From NCBI GenBank assembly GCA_963676915.2, contig CAXXVK010000053.1, forward strand, positions 96,001 to 160,000: a DNA stretch of 64,000 bases, written 5' to 3'. The first letter of the stretch is position 1. Every line of letters begins with the position of its first letter. Of the stretch, positions 10,732-20,710 are shown piece by piece. The stretch is from Myxococcota bacterium (GTDB taxonomy: Bacteria > Myxococcota_A > SURF-8 > G963663525). A program made the position numbers and the translations under genes. Under the pieces are notes generated by a model that ran no database searches, had not been told where the DNA came from, and was given only the letters and a program-made list of their open reading frames with translations.

Positions 10732-10803
10732 GTGGGTCGGGTGGTTTTCACCCGACAATTTTCGAAAACTGTATTTCATGTCGGGTGAAATCACCCGACC
10801 TAC
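10732..10803. repeat. REP-A doublet (REPIN-like)
   Basis: GTGGGTCGGGTGGTTTTCACCCGAC, 23-nt spacer, GTCGGGTGAAATCACCCGACCTAC in inverted orientation. Confidence 0.85.
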
Positions 10804-10809
10804 GAAAAT

Positions 10810-11418
10810 CTACTTTTTCGAAAAACTCTCCGACGAGAGTTTTTCGTACAACGCACGCAGCGCGTTTCCACGGTGACTGATTGCCGCTTTTTGCTCGGGT
10901 GACAGCTCGGCCATGGTTTTTCCCTGATGAGCCATGGGTTCGAACAGCGGATCGTAACCGAAACCGTTCGATCCCCGAACCTCATGACCCACACGACCTT
11001 CGCAACGTCCCTCGACCCACCATGGCTCCTCGGAGTCTCGACATACCGCGAGCACACAAACGAAACGAGCGGCCCGCTGGGTTGGGTCGGAAAATTGTTC
11101 CATATTTTTCAACAACTTGCGGTTGTTGGCGTCATCGTCGGAAGGTTCTCCGGCGTACCGGGCCGAGTACACTCCCGGCTCACCGTCCAAAGCATCCACC
11201 ACGAGGCCGGAGTCGTCGCCCAAGGTCGGCAGACCTGTAGCCTCATGCAATTGCACGGCTTTTTTCACGGCGTTGGCTTCGAAGGTATCGCCATCCTCGA
11301 TCACCTCGGGCAGATCCTCAAAAGCATCCAGTCCCACGAGTTCGTAACCGAGTTGGTCGAAAAGCACTTGAAAATCGCGGATCTTGCCGCGATTGCGGCT
11401 AGCGATCAACCACTTCAT
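10810..11418 (-). CDS. rdgB: Non-canonical purine NTP pyrophosphatase (RdgB/HAM1)
   Basis: ASRNRGK, DDSGLVVDALDGEPGVYSARYAG, GFGYDPLF, SHRG; downstream of rph. Confidence 0.95.
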   Translation of the reverse strand: MKWLIASRNRGKIRDFQVLFDQLGYELVGLDAFEDLPEVIEDGDTFEANAVKKAVQLHEATGLPTLGDDSGLVVDALDGEPGVYSARYAGEPSDDDANNRKLLKNMEQFSDPTQRAARFVCVLAVCRDSEEPWWVEGRCEGRVGHEVRGSNGFGYDPLFEPMAHQGKTMAELSPEQKAAISHRGNALRALYEKLSSESFSKK

Positions 11419-12130
11419 GGAACAACTCCCCAAGGGCCGCTTTCTGCGCCGCGAAAATTTCCTCGGACGCTCCCATGGCCAGGTCCGTCAGGTTCTGCAT
11501 TCTCTTGACATCGAAGGGCAGCCCTTCGGCCGTAGCCTGAACTTCCACGAGCCGCCCGCCACTGGAAAAAGCGAAATTGGTGTCGGCTTCGGCGCGGTGG
11601 TCTTCGTCGTAGCAGAGATCCAGCAACTCACGGCCTTCGACGATGCCGCAACTGATAGCTGCGATGGGAAAGCGAACGGGGATTTTCGCAATCAGCCCCA
11701 TGTTTTTCAGTTTCGCACATGCCAGCACGAGCGCCACGAATCCGCCGGTGATCGAAGCCGTACGAGTGCCGCCATCGGCCTGCAATACGTCACAATCCAC
11801 TGTGATCTGGCGTTCCCCCAGGGCTTCGAGATCCATCCCCGCCCGCAGACAACGTCCGATCAGGCGGCTGATTTCCATACTTCGGCCTTTTTTGTACTGG
11901 CTACGCCGGGTTCTTCCCAGACCGCTGCCCGGCATCATCGCGTATTCGGCGGTTACCCAGCCCGAGCCTCTTCCGGAGAGAAACGGCGGGACACGCTCTT
12001 CGACGTTCGCCGCGCAGATGACTTTGGTTTTTCCGCAGGAAATCAGTACGCTGCCGTCCGAAAATTCCTGCATGTTCGTTTCGATGCTTATCGGCCGCAA
12101 TGCATTGTCGGCCCTTTGGTCGATTCTCAT
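11399..12130 (-). CDS. rph: Ribonuclease PH
   Basis: GWVTAEYAMMP, EISRLIGR, DCDVLQADGGTRTASITG, EVQATAEG. Confidence 0.96.
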   Translation of the reverse strand: MRIDQRADNALRPISIETNMQEFSDGSVLISCGKTKVICAANVEERVPPFLSGRGSGWVTAEYAMMPGSGLGRTRRSQYKKGRSMEISRLIGRCLRAGMDLEALGERQITVDCDVLQADGGTRTASITGGFVALVLACAKLKNMGLIAKIPVRFPIAAISCGIVEGRELLDLCYDEDHRAEADTNFAFSSGGRLVEVQATAEGLPFDVKRMQNLTDLAMGASEEIFAAQKAALGELFHEVVDR

Positions 12131-12153
12131 GATAGTCCTTTGTTTTCTATGGG

Positions 12154-13521
12154 TTACAGGTCGATTTCGTATTCCTTGATTTTGTACAAAAGCGCTCGAT
12201 GGCTGATTTCCAGCAGCTTGGCCGCTGCCGTGCGATTGCCTTTGGTCTGGGTCAGCGCTTTTCGAATCAGATCGTTTTCGATACGATATGTCGCTTTTTT
12301 GATCGAAAGTTCATCCTCGGATATCGGCAGGTTGTAGCTCGGTTTGTGCTCGGTGATAACGGCGGGCAGATCGGTGGGTGTGAGCACCTTGTCGTCCGCC
12401 AGAATCATCGCCCGTTCCAGCGTGTGTTCCAACTCGCGAATGTTGCCCGGCCAGTGGTAGTGTTCGAGCAGTTTCAATGCTTCTTCGTCCACGGAGTCGA
12501 TATCCAATCCCAACCTGGCGTTGAACCGACGAATGAAGTGGGTAACCAGCAAGGCAATGTCGCCATGGCGCTCGCGCAGCGGTGGCAGACGCACGGGCAG
12601 GACATTCAACCGGTAGAACAGATCTTCCCTAAAATCCTTGTTTTTTACCAGTTCTTCGAGCGGCTGGATGTTCGCCGTAATGATCCTCACATCGATGCTC
12701 GTACTTTTGTCCGAACCCACCCGACGGATTTCCTCTTCCTGCAAAACCCGCAGCAGTTTCACTTGGAGCGAATACGGCAGCTCGCCCACTTCGTCGAGGA
12801 ACAGCGTCCCGCCGTCGGCCTCTTTGAACAATCCCTTCCGAGAACGTACGGCGTCGGTAAACGCCCCCCGCTCGTGTCCGAACAGTTCGGATTCGATCAA
12901 ATGTTCGGGAATCGCGCCGCAGTTGAGCGGAATGAACGGTTTGTCGGCACGATCCGAAGCATGATGCAGGGCACGAGCAATCAATTCCTTACCGGTTCCG
13001 CTTTCCCCTTCGATCAGAACCGTGGATTTGAAACTGGCGATTTTGCGAACCATCTGGAAAATCGCCTGCATTTTCGTATCTTCCGACACGATGTTGGAGA
13101 AATCGTATTCCTGGTTGAGTTGACGGCGTAACTCGCGGTTTTCACGGCGCAGACGTTCCCGTTCCTGGGCTTTGCGAATGGTCAGCAGCACTTCGTCGGG
13201 ACGGAACGGCTTATTGATGTAATCGTAAGCGCCCGCCTGAATCGCCTCGATGGCGCCTTCCACCGAGCCGTAGGCGGTTATCATGATCACGGTAGAGTCG
13301 ATGCCTTCTTTCTGGAGTCGGTCGAGCAGGTCCAGACCGGTCATTTTCGGCATATTGACATCGCACAGCACGATATCGAACGACTGTTTACGCAGCAACT
13401 CCAGCCCCTCATGAGCCTGGGGGGCTGCCGTGCATTGAAAACCTTCCTTGGCAAGCACGATCGACAACATATGACGGATATTTTCCTCGTCGTCGATGAT
13501 TAAAACCGTTCCATTATCCAC
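12154..13521 (-). CDS. Sigma-54-dependent response regulator (NtrC/AtoC family)
   Basis: REC domain, GESGTGKE, GAFTDA, WPGNIRELE, C-terminal Fis-type HTH. Confidence 0.95.
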   Translation of the reverse strand: MDNGTVLIIDDEENIRHMLSIVLAKEGFQCTAAPQAHEGLELLRKQSFDIVLCDVNMPKMTGLDLLDRLQKEGIDSTVIMITAYGSVEGAIEAIQAGAYDYINKPFRPDEVLLTIRKAQERERLRRENRELRRQLNQEYDFSNIVSEDTKMQAIFQMVRKIASFKSTVLIEGESGTGKELIARALHHASDRADKPFIPLNCGAIPEHLIESELFGHERGAFTDAVRSRKGLFKEADGGTLFLDEVGELPYSLQVKLLRVLQEEEIRRVGSDKSTSIDVRIITANIQPLEELVKNKDFREDLFYRLNVLPVRLPPLRERHGDIALLVTHFIRRFNARLGLDIDSVDEEALKLLEHYHWPGNIRELEHTLERAMILADDKVLTPTDLPAVITEHKPSYNLPISEDELSIKKATYRIENDLIRKALTQTKGNRTAAAKLLEISHRALLYKIKEYEIDL

Positions 13522-13875
13522 GGGATCCTCACTTGTTCGTTCGCTTCGTGGAGTTCTTCAGGGATTTTTGCGGCCTTGCGGGTTCGCCAGCCGTTTCCTG
13601 CATGGAGACAAGGCTACCCAATCGTAACGGCAAATACAACGACTTTTTCGGCAGGATCTCGATCTGGGGTGTGTGAATGATGTTTACACAGCAAATCATT
13701 CTACCCTTTTTTTTATTTCACGCCTCATACCTACAAATGCTTGAAGCCTTTCACCATCGTTGTTTGTTTCCGTTTCCCAAGAAAAAACGTCCACTCGGTT
13801 TGTTTTTGCAGGCTTTGGTGTATGGTGACGTAATACCTCATCATTGATGATCGATTAATCCAAGGAGTCGCATTC

Positions 13876-14193
13876 ATGGCCGATCCGAAGCAAAAACAAG
13901 GAATGAAGTTGGAAATCACGGCGGACGAGGAAACCGCCCAGGGTGTTTATTCCAATTTCGTTGTGGGCAACTTTACCGAAACCGAGATGATCCTCGATTT
14001 CCTGTTCATCCATCCTCAAACCCAGAAAGGAAAAATGCGTTCGCGGGTGATCCTTTCACCGATCCACGCCAAACGCATGTCCAAAATGCTGCAACGACAG
14101 ATTCAGGCGTTCGAGGAACGTTTCGGGGCGATTCCCGAACGGGTGCCGGTCAAAATGCCCCCACCCAACGGATCGGACGACACGCTGAACTAA
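13876..14193 (+). CDS. DUF3467-type conserved small protein
   Basis: GVYSNF...EMILDF...SRVILSPIHAKR...FEERFG pattern; GGAG RBS. Confidence 0.8.
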   Translation: MADPKQKQGMKLEITADEETAQGVYSNFVVGNFTETEMILDFLFIHPQTQKGKMRSRVILSPIHAKRMSKMLQRQIQAFEERFGAIPERVPVKMPPPNGSDDTLN

Positions 14194-14400
14194 AACCAGC
14201 AACCGTGCTGCCCATCGATTTTCCCACACTTCCTGTGCTGTTTTTGTGAAACTTTTTTAGGGGTTGTGTGCGCTTTTTCCCTTTTTTTTTGGAAAATAGG
14301 CGTTATCTTAAACGTGTTTCATCAAGGATTTCCACGTTGGGGGACGGCAACAAGCAACGGCTGTACGGCCTTTTCCCGAGCAGGAGTCGTCGATGATCGC

Positions 14401-15959
14401 ATGGAAGCAACCTTATTCCGGCAGCGCCGGTCCTCTGGTCAGCACCAATCCCGCCACGGGTGAGCCTTTGGGCGAACTCACCACCTTTACGGCAGAGGAG
14501 GCACGGGAGGCCATCGAACGGGCACGCATCGCTCAACGCGACTGGGGAAACCGCAGCCTGAGCGACCGCATCAAAATCCTGCGTAATTTCCAATACATCC
14601 TCACGCGAACGGGCCGAAGAGGTCTGCGAGCTGATCATGCTCGAAAACGGCAAGCCGCTTCAGGAAGCGATGGTGACCGAAGTGCTGCCGGTGGTGGATC
14701 TGACGAGCTACTTTTGCAACCACGCCAAAGGCATTCTGTCCGATCGACGCATTCCGATGCACCTGATGAAGCATCGCCGCAGTCTGATCAACTACCGGCC
14801 ACGTGGCGTGATGCTGGTGATTTCTCCCTGGAATTTCCCGTTTACCATTCCCAACGGCGAGATCGTCATGGGGCTTCTGGCTGGCAATGTCATCGTACAT
14901 AAACCGGCGAGTCTCACGCCGCTGATTGCGTTGAAAACGAGAGAACTGTTCGACGAAGCCGGGCTGCCCGCCGATGTCTATCAGGTGGTTCCGACCAAAG
15001 GGTCCGTTGCTTCCGAAATGATCGAAATGGGCGTGGATTACGTCAACTTCACCGGTTCCACCGCTGTAGGGCGGCAGGTATCCGAAATCTGCGGACGGCT
15101 GTTGATTCCTTCCAGCATGGAATTGGGCGGCAAAGATCCGTTGATCGTCTGTGCGGATGCCAATCTCGAAAGCGCCGCCGGTGCGGTGGTTTGGGGTGGT
15201 CTGGCCAACGCCGGGCAGGTCTGTGCCTCGGTGGAACGGGTCTATGCCCACGAAAGCATTTACGATGCCCTGGTGCAAAAAGTCGTGGCCAAAGCCCAAG
15301 ATTTGAGAGTCGGCGACCCTGGCAAGGGAGAAATGGATGTTGGTGCCATGGTGGACCCACGGCAGCTCGATCTTGTGGAGCGCCAAGTCGAAGACGCCCT
15401 TGCCAAAGGCGCAAAAGCGCTGGTGGGCGGCAAGCGCCTGGATGGTCCCGGCAACTTCTTCCAACCCACCATTCTCGTCGATGTCACCGAGGACATGGAT
15501 GTTGTCACCGAAGAATCCTTCGGTCCTGTAGTACCGATTTTGAAAGTGTCGAGTGAACAAGAAGCCATCGAAAAGGCCAACGATTCGATTTACGGACTCA
15601 ACGCCTACGTCTATACCAGCGACCGCTACAAGGGTCAGCGCATCGCTCGCAAACTTCAGGCCGGTACGGTGATGGTCAACGAAGTACTGCTGACCCACGG
15701 TTGCCCGGAAACGCCGTGGCAGGGCTGCAAGTTGTCGGGTACCGGTCGCGTGCATTCCGATGACGGACTGCGGGACATGTGCTTCCCATTTCACATCAAC
15801 GATGATATCCTGCCTCAGCCGGAGAAAAGCCCCTTCTGGCATCCCTATTCGGACAAACTGTACCGAGGAATGCTTGCGGGACTCAAGGCGATATACGGAC
15901 GAGGCATGACGGGTCGTTGGCAAGGGGTCAAGGAACTGTTCGGCTTCAAGCAATCGTGA
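14401..15959 (+). CDS. Aldehyde dehydrogenase, frameshifted near 14413 and 14605
   Basis: NPATGE, ISPWNFP, FTGSTAVG, MELGGKDP, NAGQVCAS, EESFGP spread over ORFs 14393 and 14637. Confidence 0.88.
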
Positions 15960-15968
15960 ACCACTAAC

Positions 15969-17483
15969 ATGGAATCTTCCCCCGCCACACGGCGTTTGTC
16001 GTTATATCACTTTCTTCGTGGTGGAATGTTCGGGATCGTCCTTGGTGCAGTAACCAGAATTGTCTGGTGTGCAACGTCGATTGCTCCTAGCCATTTTTTT
16101 GGAGAATACTTACTTGCCTGTCTTATTACCCTAAAATCCATACTTATTCCTGTCGCGTTGCTACTGGCTTTCGTGCTGTCATTTTTCATTACCAGAGAAA
16201 AAAACGGCATATCGAAAAAATTGGCTCTAATTTCGGAATTGCTGGGAATAGCCCTCTTTCTCTTGGCCATTATGTCTCCACGTTTGTCCGATGTGCTCAA
16301 CCCTGTCTGTGAAACAAAAAAAAACAGACATTTCGATTTAGCGATGAACCCCAACCTGGATATGGTTTTTTCCGCTGAAAATTATCTGCCGGAATACCGT
16401 GTCACCACCAATTCCATGGGATTTCGAGATGTCGAATGGCCCGGATCGGAGGACGGCAAAAAGCGGATCATGCTGGTCGGCGATTCCTTCATTTTCGGTT
16501 CGGGAGTACAGCAGGACGAGCTTTTGGCCCGGCAATTGGAACGGGAACTGAAAGACCATCAACGAAATGTTCGGGTCTACAATGTGGGGCAACCCGGCTG
16601 GAATCTCGCGCAGGAAGTCGAGGCTATACAGTCCCTTGCGGACATTTTACACCCCGATCTGATTCTGATCTCCCACCTTCCGGGCAACGATCTGTGGCCC
16701 GTCGATCCTCTGTTCAATCATTCTATCAACAACAAATTCGACTTCGAAGCGGCGATCAATCTTCGAAAACAACAGGTCGCCCAGTGGCACGAGCGGGAAT
16801 ACGAGTTGCCCGAACTGCTCGATCCGTACCTGAGAACCCTTGAAATTCTGCGCCGTTGGGCCGAAAACCGCCCGATCGACGTTTTTCTTTACACTCATGG
16901 ACCGACCCCGTATCACCTGGAACCGGTGGAATCGTCACTCAATGTATTTGTCCGCTGTTTTCCCGACTGGCAGAATGACGAAGACAATTTTTACGTCAAC
17001 GACGGTCATCCCACCCCTCTGGGGAACCGCTTTCTGGCTGAACTTCTGGCCCCGTTCGTTATCGAACTACTGGAAGTACAAACCCTGCCACCTGACGAAG
17101 CCAAAGAAGCACGCGAGCAGTTTAAAAGTCTCTGGAAAAGCCCCTGTCTGCCCAACGTTCCCATTCTACCGGATGAAAAATGGATCATTCCCGGTGGAAA
17201 AGAAGAGGTCATCGAGGCCTTTTTCCGAAACTCCTGGGTGGAGGCGTTTCACGGTGAAATCAACCGAATCGCCATTGAAAAAACGAGGATCACCGCAACG
17301 TTGGACACTCCGATGGGACCGAGAACCGCTACCCTGGAGCACTCCTGCACTGACGATGAACGCTGCCATACCTGCACCAGGGGATGTATCTGTTTCGATA
17401 CGCTTTCCACCGCCGAAACCACGATTCTGCAACGAGCCTGTCCGTCGTTTCCGCCGAACCTCTGGATCGAAACCAAGCAGTAG
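15969..17483 (+). CDS. Membrane-anchored SGNH/GDSL hydrolase
   Basis: N-terminal TM helices, TNSMGFRD, VGDSF, GND, DGHPT. Confidence 0.8.
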   Translation: MESSPATRRLSLYHFLRGGMFGIVLGAVTRIVWCATSIAPSHFFGEYLLACLITLKSILIPVALLLAFVLSFFITREKNGISKKLALISELLGIALFLLAIMSPRLSDVLNPVCETKKNRHFDLAMNPNLDMVFSAENYLPEYRVTTNSMGFRDVEWPGSEDGKKRIMLVGDSFIFGSGVQQDELLARQLERELKDHQRNVRVYNVGQPGWNLAQEVEAIQSLADILHPDLILISHLPGNDLWPVDPLFNHSINNKFDFEAAINLRKQQVAQWHEREYELPELLDPYLRTLEILRRWAENRPIDVFLYTHGPTPYHLEPVESSLNVFVRCFPDWQNDEDNFYVNDGHPTPLGNRFLAELLAPFVIELLEVQTLPPDEAKEAREQFKSLWKSPCLPNVPILPDEKWIIPGGKEEVIEAFFRNSWVEAFHGEINRIAIEKTRITATLDTPMGPRTATLEHSCTDDERCHTCTRGCICFDTLSTAETTILQRACPSFPPNLWIETKQ

Positions 17484-17508
17484 GTCAGGTCGTTTTCATT
17501 CGACCTAC
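17480..17508. repeat. Degenerate REP-A copy
   Basis: GTAGGTCaGGTcgttttcattCGACCTAC. Confidence 0.65.
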
Positions 17509-17547
17509 GATTTTTTCCACCAAAAAAAATCACGCCTCATTCTATAG

Positions 17548-17749
17548 GGGTGCATCACAAAATGGTGCGAATTGGCCCAATAGTATTGAAGCATTCATTC
17601 ATTTGGTCGTAGCGGCGAGGCGTAAGCCCGCCGAAAAGGGAGATTGGGGGTATAAAAGCAACTTTCAAAAGGCAAAAACGGCGGGCTTACGCCTCGCCGC
17701 TACGAAAAAAGAGGATTTTACGAAAGTCGCACTATTTTGTGATGCACCC
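17548..17749. mobile_element. 202-bp MITE, copy 1, with internal GTAG-REP doublet
   Basis: 16-bp TIR GGGTGCATCACAAAAT; 9-bp TSD ATTCTATAG (17539-17547 and 17750-17758); internal 25-bp inverted repeat 17609-17633 / 17679-17703. Confidence 0.9.
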
Positions 17750-17867
17750 ATTCTATAGATTCCACAATCAAGATCCTTGACAACCTCCCCTTTCTCGCGC
17801 TAAACCCATACGGATTTCGGTGGTTTACACCGCGTGTTCGAGTGATTTTGGAGCAACGAGAGACATT

Positions 17868-18254
17868 ATGATGGAAGTGCTTTGGGTCGCCATTGCAGGC
17901 GCTATGGGAGCCGTCAGCCGTTTTGCGGTCAGTTCGTGGACGCGAATGCTATGGGGCGAAACCTTTCCTTACGGTACCTTGGCCGTCAACGTGGTCGGTT
18001 GCCTGTTGCTGGGTCTGGTGATGACCTCCAGCCTACTCGACGACCTTTTGCCGCTTCACTTGCGTATGGCGCTGACCATCGGATTTCTCGGAGCTTTCAC
18101 CACCTTTTCTACCTTCGGTTATGAAACCATGCGCTATGTAGAAAGCGGCGACTGGACCACGGCGGGCCTCAACGTTTCCGCCAACGTCATTTTGGGACTG
18201 GTCGCCACCTTCGGCGGCATCTGGCTGGGACGGCAATTTTTCGGCACGCTGTAA
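17868..18254 (+). CDS. crcB: Fluoride efflux channel FluC/CrcB
   Basis: GAVSRF, FPYGTLAVNVVG, IGFLGAFTTFSTF. Confidence 0.95.
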   Translation: MMEVLWVAIAGAMGAVSRFAVSSWTRMLWGETFPYGTLAVNVVGCLLLGLVMTSSLLDDLLPLHLRMALTIGFLGAFTTFSTFGYETMRYVESGDWTTAGLNVSANVILGLVATFGGIWLGRQFFGTL

Positions 18255-18323
18255 TCTTTCTTACCCCCTCCTCACCGCTCCTGTGAACCACGATCCTTCC
18301 CCCGTGAGAAAGCGTACCCGACG

Positions 18324-19523
18324 ATGGCAACCTTCAATCGATCCGAAACCACGACGCTGATTTTCACAAGCTACGGCCATTTCCTGTCTCATTTCAACAT
18401 GTTCGTTTTTCCGGCGCTGGTGCTTCCGCTGTCGAAGCAACTCGATCTCGCCATTCCCGACGTGCTGGAGCTGTCGTTCTGGATGTATCTGCTCTTCGGT
18501 TTGACCGCCCTAGGCTGGGGACTTTTGGGCGACCGTTGGAACCCCATCATGCTGTTGCGTATCATGTTCGTGGGGGCCGGTGTTTCGGCGATTTTTGCGG
18601 GAAACAGCGTTTCGGCCAATAGCGGGTTCGTGCTTGCACTGGCGGCTATCGGTTTCTTTTCGGGTATTTACCACCCGATCGGGTTGGGGATTTTGTCGCA
18701 ACGCATTCGCGCCACCAGTGTGGCGATGGGATACAACGGCATGAGCGGCAACCTCGGACTTGCCGTGGCTCCGCTTCTGGCCGGATGGCTGCAACAGGCT
18801 TTCGGAGTCGCTACGACCTATTACGTGGTCGGTGTGTTGAACCTGTTGGGCGTTTTGCTGGTACTGCGTCCACCTGCACCGAATGCCGCGTTGGCCGCCG
18901 AACAGGCCGATGCCGCCCCTGCTCGCACCAATCTCCGACCGTTCCTGATTCTGCTGGTTGCGATGATGCTGGCGGGTGTGGCCTACCGGGGAGCTTCGGT
19001 GATCGTTCCGACCTTTTTGGCGCTGAAAAGCGAGGCGGTCATTACCTGGCTGACGGCTCATTGGCCCGGAACCCTCACTCCCAACGTGGTCGCCACGACC
19101 GTCACCAGCCTGATTTTTCTGGTGGGTATGGCCGGGCAGTATACCGGCGGCCACCTCGCACAGCGCGCCGAATTGAGACGCATGTACGTTGTTTTCAACG
19201 CCATGATCATCCCCGTGGCACTGACGATCTACTTCCTTTCCGATCTCGCACTGATCGTGTTCGTCTTCCTCTATTTCTTCTTCATGCTGGGATCTCAACC
19301 CATTGAAAACACGCTTATTTCACGCTTCACCCCTCCGCACTTGAGGTTCTCTGCCTATGGAATGAAGTTTGTCTTGAGCTTCGGAGTCGGCTCGCTGGCC
19401 GTGAAACTGGTATCCTGGATTCAGACCCGCTGGAGCCTCGAAGCCGTGTTTCCGTCGCTGGGCGTCGTCGCCGTGCTTCTGGTCGCTACCGGGGCGTTGC
19501 TGTTGAGAGAAAAGAAGTCGTAA
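18324..19523 (+). CDS. MFS transporter
   Basis: About 12 TM helices, GLLGDRW motif A, SGIYHPIG. Confidence 0.85.
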   Translation: MATFNRSETTTLIFTSYGHFLSHFNMFVFPALVLPLSKQLDLAIPDVLELSFWMYLLFGLTALGWGLLGDRWNPIMLLRIMFVGAGVSAIFAGNSVSANSGFVLALAAIGFFSGIYHPIGLGILSQRIRATSVAMGYNGMSGNLGLAVAPLLAGWLQQAFGVATTYYVVGVLNLLGVLLVLRPPAPNAALAAEQADAAPARTNLRPFLILLVAMMLAGVAYRGASVIVPTFLALKSEAVITWLTAHWPGTLTPNVVATTVTSLIFLVGMAGQYTGGHLAQRAELRRMYVVFNAMIIPVALTIYFLSDLALIVFVFLYFFFMLGSQPIENTLISRFTPPHLRFSAYGMKFVLSFGVGSLAVKLVSWIQTRWSLEAVFPSLGVVAVLLVATGALLLREKKS

Positions 19524-19554
19524 CAGAGCCAAAAATCGTGTAAAACAAAAAATA

Positions 19555-19587
19555 AAGAACCGGCTTTCCTAAAAAAGCCGGTTCTTA
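19555..19587. terminator. Intrinsic terminator downstream of tRNA-Lys, probably bidirectional
   Basis: AAGAACCGGCTTT..AAAGCCGGTTCTT hairpin with A-rich tract on the left. Confidence 0.75.
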
Positions 19588-19594
19588 GAAGTTT

Positions 19595-19670
19595 TGGTGG
19601 GCCCGGAGGGAATCGAACCCTCAACCTTCGGATTAAGAGTCCGCTGCTCTGCCGATTGAGCTACGAGCCC
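19595..19670 (-). tRNA. tRNA-Lys(CTT)
   Basis: Minus strand GGGCTCGTAGCTCAATCGGCAGAGCAGCGGACTCTTAATCCGAAGGTTGAGGGTTCGATTCCCTCCGGGCCCACCA; 76 nt, CTT anticodon, encoded CCA. Confidence 0.97.
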
Positions 19671-19744
19671 GGAGCAGGTCTATCAATAGTCGGGGAAAGC
19701 GTCAAGATTAAAATGAAAAAACGGTCAAAAAACTGCAAAGGTCG

Positions 19745-20506
19745 ATGATGAAACCCGTTATCGGATTAACCTGCTCCATTTCGGGAATGGATCGAGACCT
19801 TTCGAATGCGTCCGACAATGACCCTGTGGAAAAACTTTCCCGGCGTTACATCTCCTGGGTGCTCGAAGCCGGAGGCGTGCCGCTGATCGTCCCCAACCTC
19901 GGCGATTACGTAGCGCTCGAATCCCTTTTGGATCTGCTCCAGGGACTGATTCTGACGGGGGGCGTCGATCCGGCGGCGGAACTGATCGGCGAGGAGCCAC
20001 ATCCGTCGATTACCGTTCAGCCGGAACGGGACGATACCGAAATCTACCTGTTGCGCAGGGCGCGAGAACGTCGTCTGCCTGTCCTTGGAATCTGTCGTGG
20101 CGTGCAAATGATGGCTGTGGCTTTCGGCGGGGATATCTGGCAGGACCAGAGTCTCCGTTCCCTCGAACGTCCGACAAAGGATCACCGCAGTCTGTCGGAT
20201 GGCCGACCGAGCCTGCATGTCGTCGAAATCGAACCGGCTTCCTATCTGGGAAAACTCGGTGAACGCGAGCGCATCCGTACGAATTCCTCCCACCACCAGC
20301 TTTTGCGACGACTGCCGCCTGGATTTTCCGCTTGCGCGAAAAGCCTGGACGGCGTCATCGAAGCGATGGAACGCGTCGGCCGTGGAGATTACCTGATGGG
20401 TGTGCAATGGCACCCGGAAAAAAGCCCGGAACATCCGATATCGCGGGCATTGATCAACGATTTCATTCAAAAGACCCGAACTTGTCCGGCAGGAGGACGA
20501 GGATAG
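19745..20506 (+). CDS. Gamma-glutamyl-gamma-aminobutyrate hydrolase family (peptidase C26, class I glutamine amidotransferase)
   Basis: LILTGGVD, LGICRGVQ, NSSHHQ, GVQWHPE. Confidence 0.9.
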   Translation: MMKPVIGLTCSISGMDRDLSNASDNDPVEKLSRRYISWVLEAGGVPLIVPNLGDYVALESLLDLLQGLILTGGVDPAAELIGEEPHPSITVQPERDDTEIYLLRRARERRLPVLGICRGVQMMAVAFGGDIWQDQSLRSLERPTKDHRSLSDGRPSLHVVEIEPASYLGKLGERERIRTNSSHHQLLRRLPPGFSACAKSLDGVIEAMERVGRGDYLMGVQWHPEKSPEHPISRALINDFIQKTRTCPAGGRG

Positions 20507-20710
20507 TCCGAGCTTTTACCTTCTTGAAACTACCATTTTCAATCAATATGCAAAAACCTATCTATTTTTAAGGGGTTGTTGCGCTTTCTATTTGTGGCTT
20601 CCGGGAATTTCACTGGTTTCCGAGGGGAAATTCTGGTAGGCTGGATCGATATGGGAGTTCGGAGGGTCTCTTTTCTTTTTGTATTCATGATAGTTTTGGG
20701 AGGTTTTACT

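Noticed and set aside
14601-15953. Long antisense ORFs opposite real genes (e.g. 14601-15953, 49411-50742, 11384-12337)
   Set aside because: Shadow frames expected from GC-biased codon usage, with no recognisable motifs.
17760-17867. Fluoride riboswitch upstream of crcB
   Set aside because: The GGCGATGG..CGCC / TGATG..CT consensus is not present; only a promoter-like TTGACA is visible.
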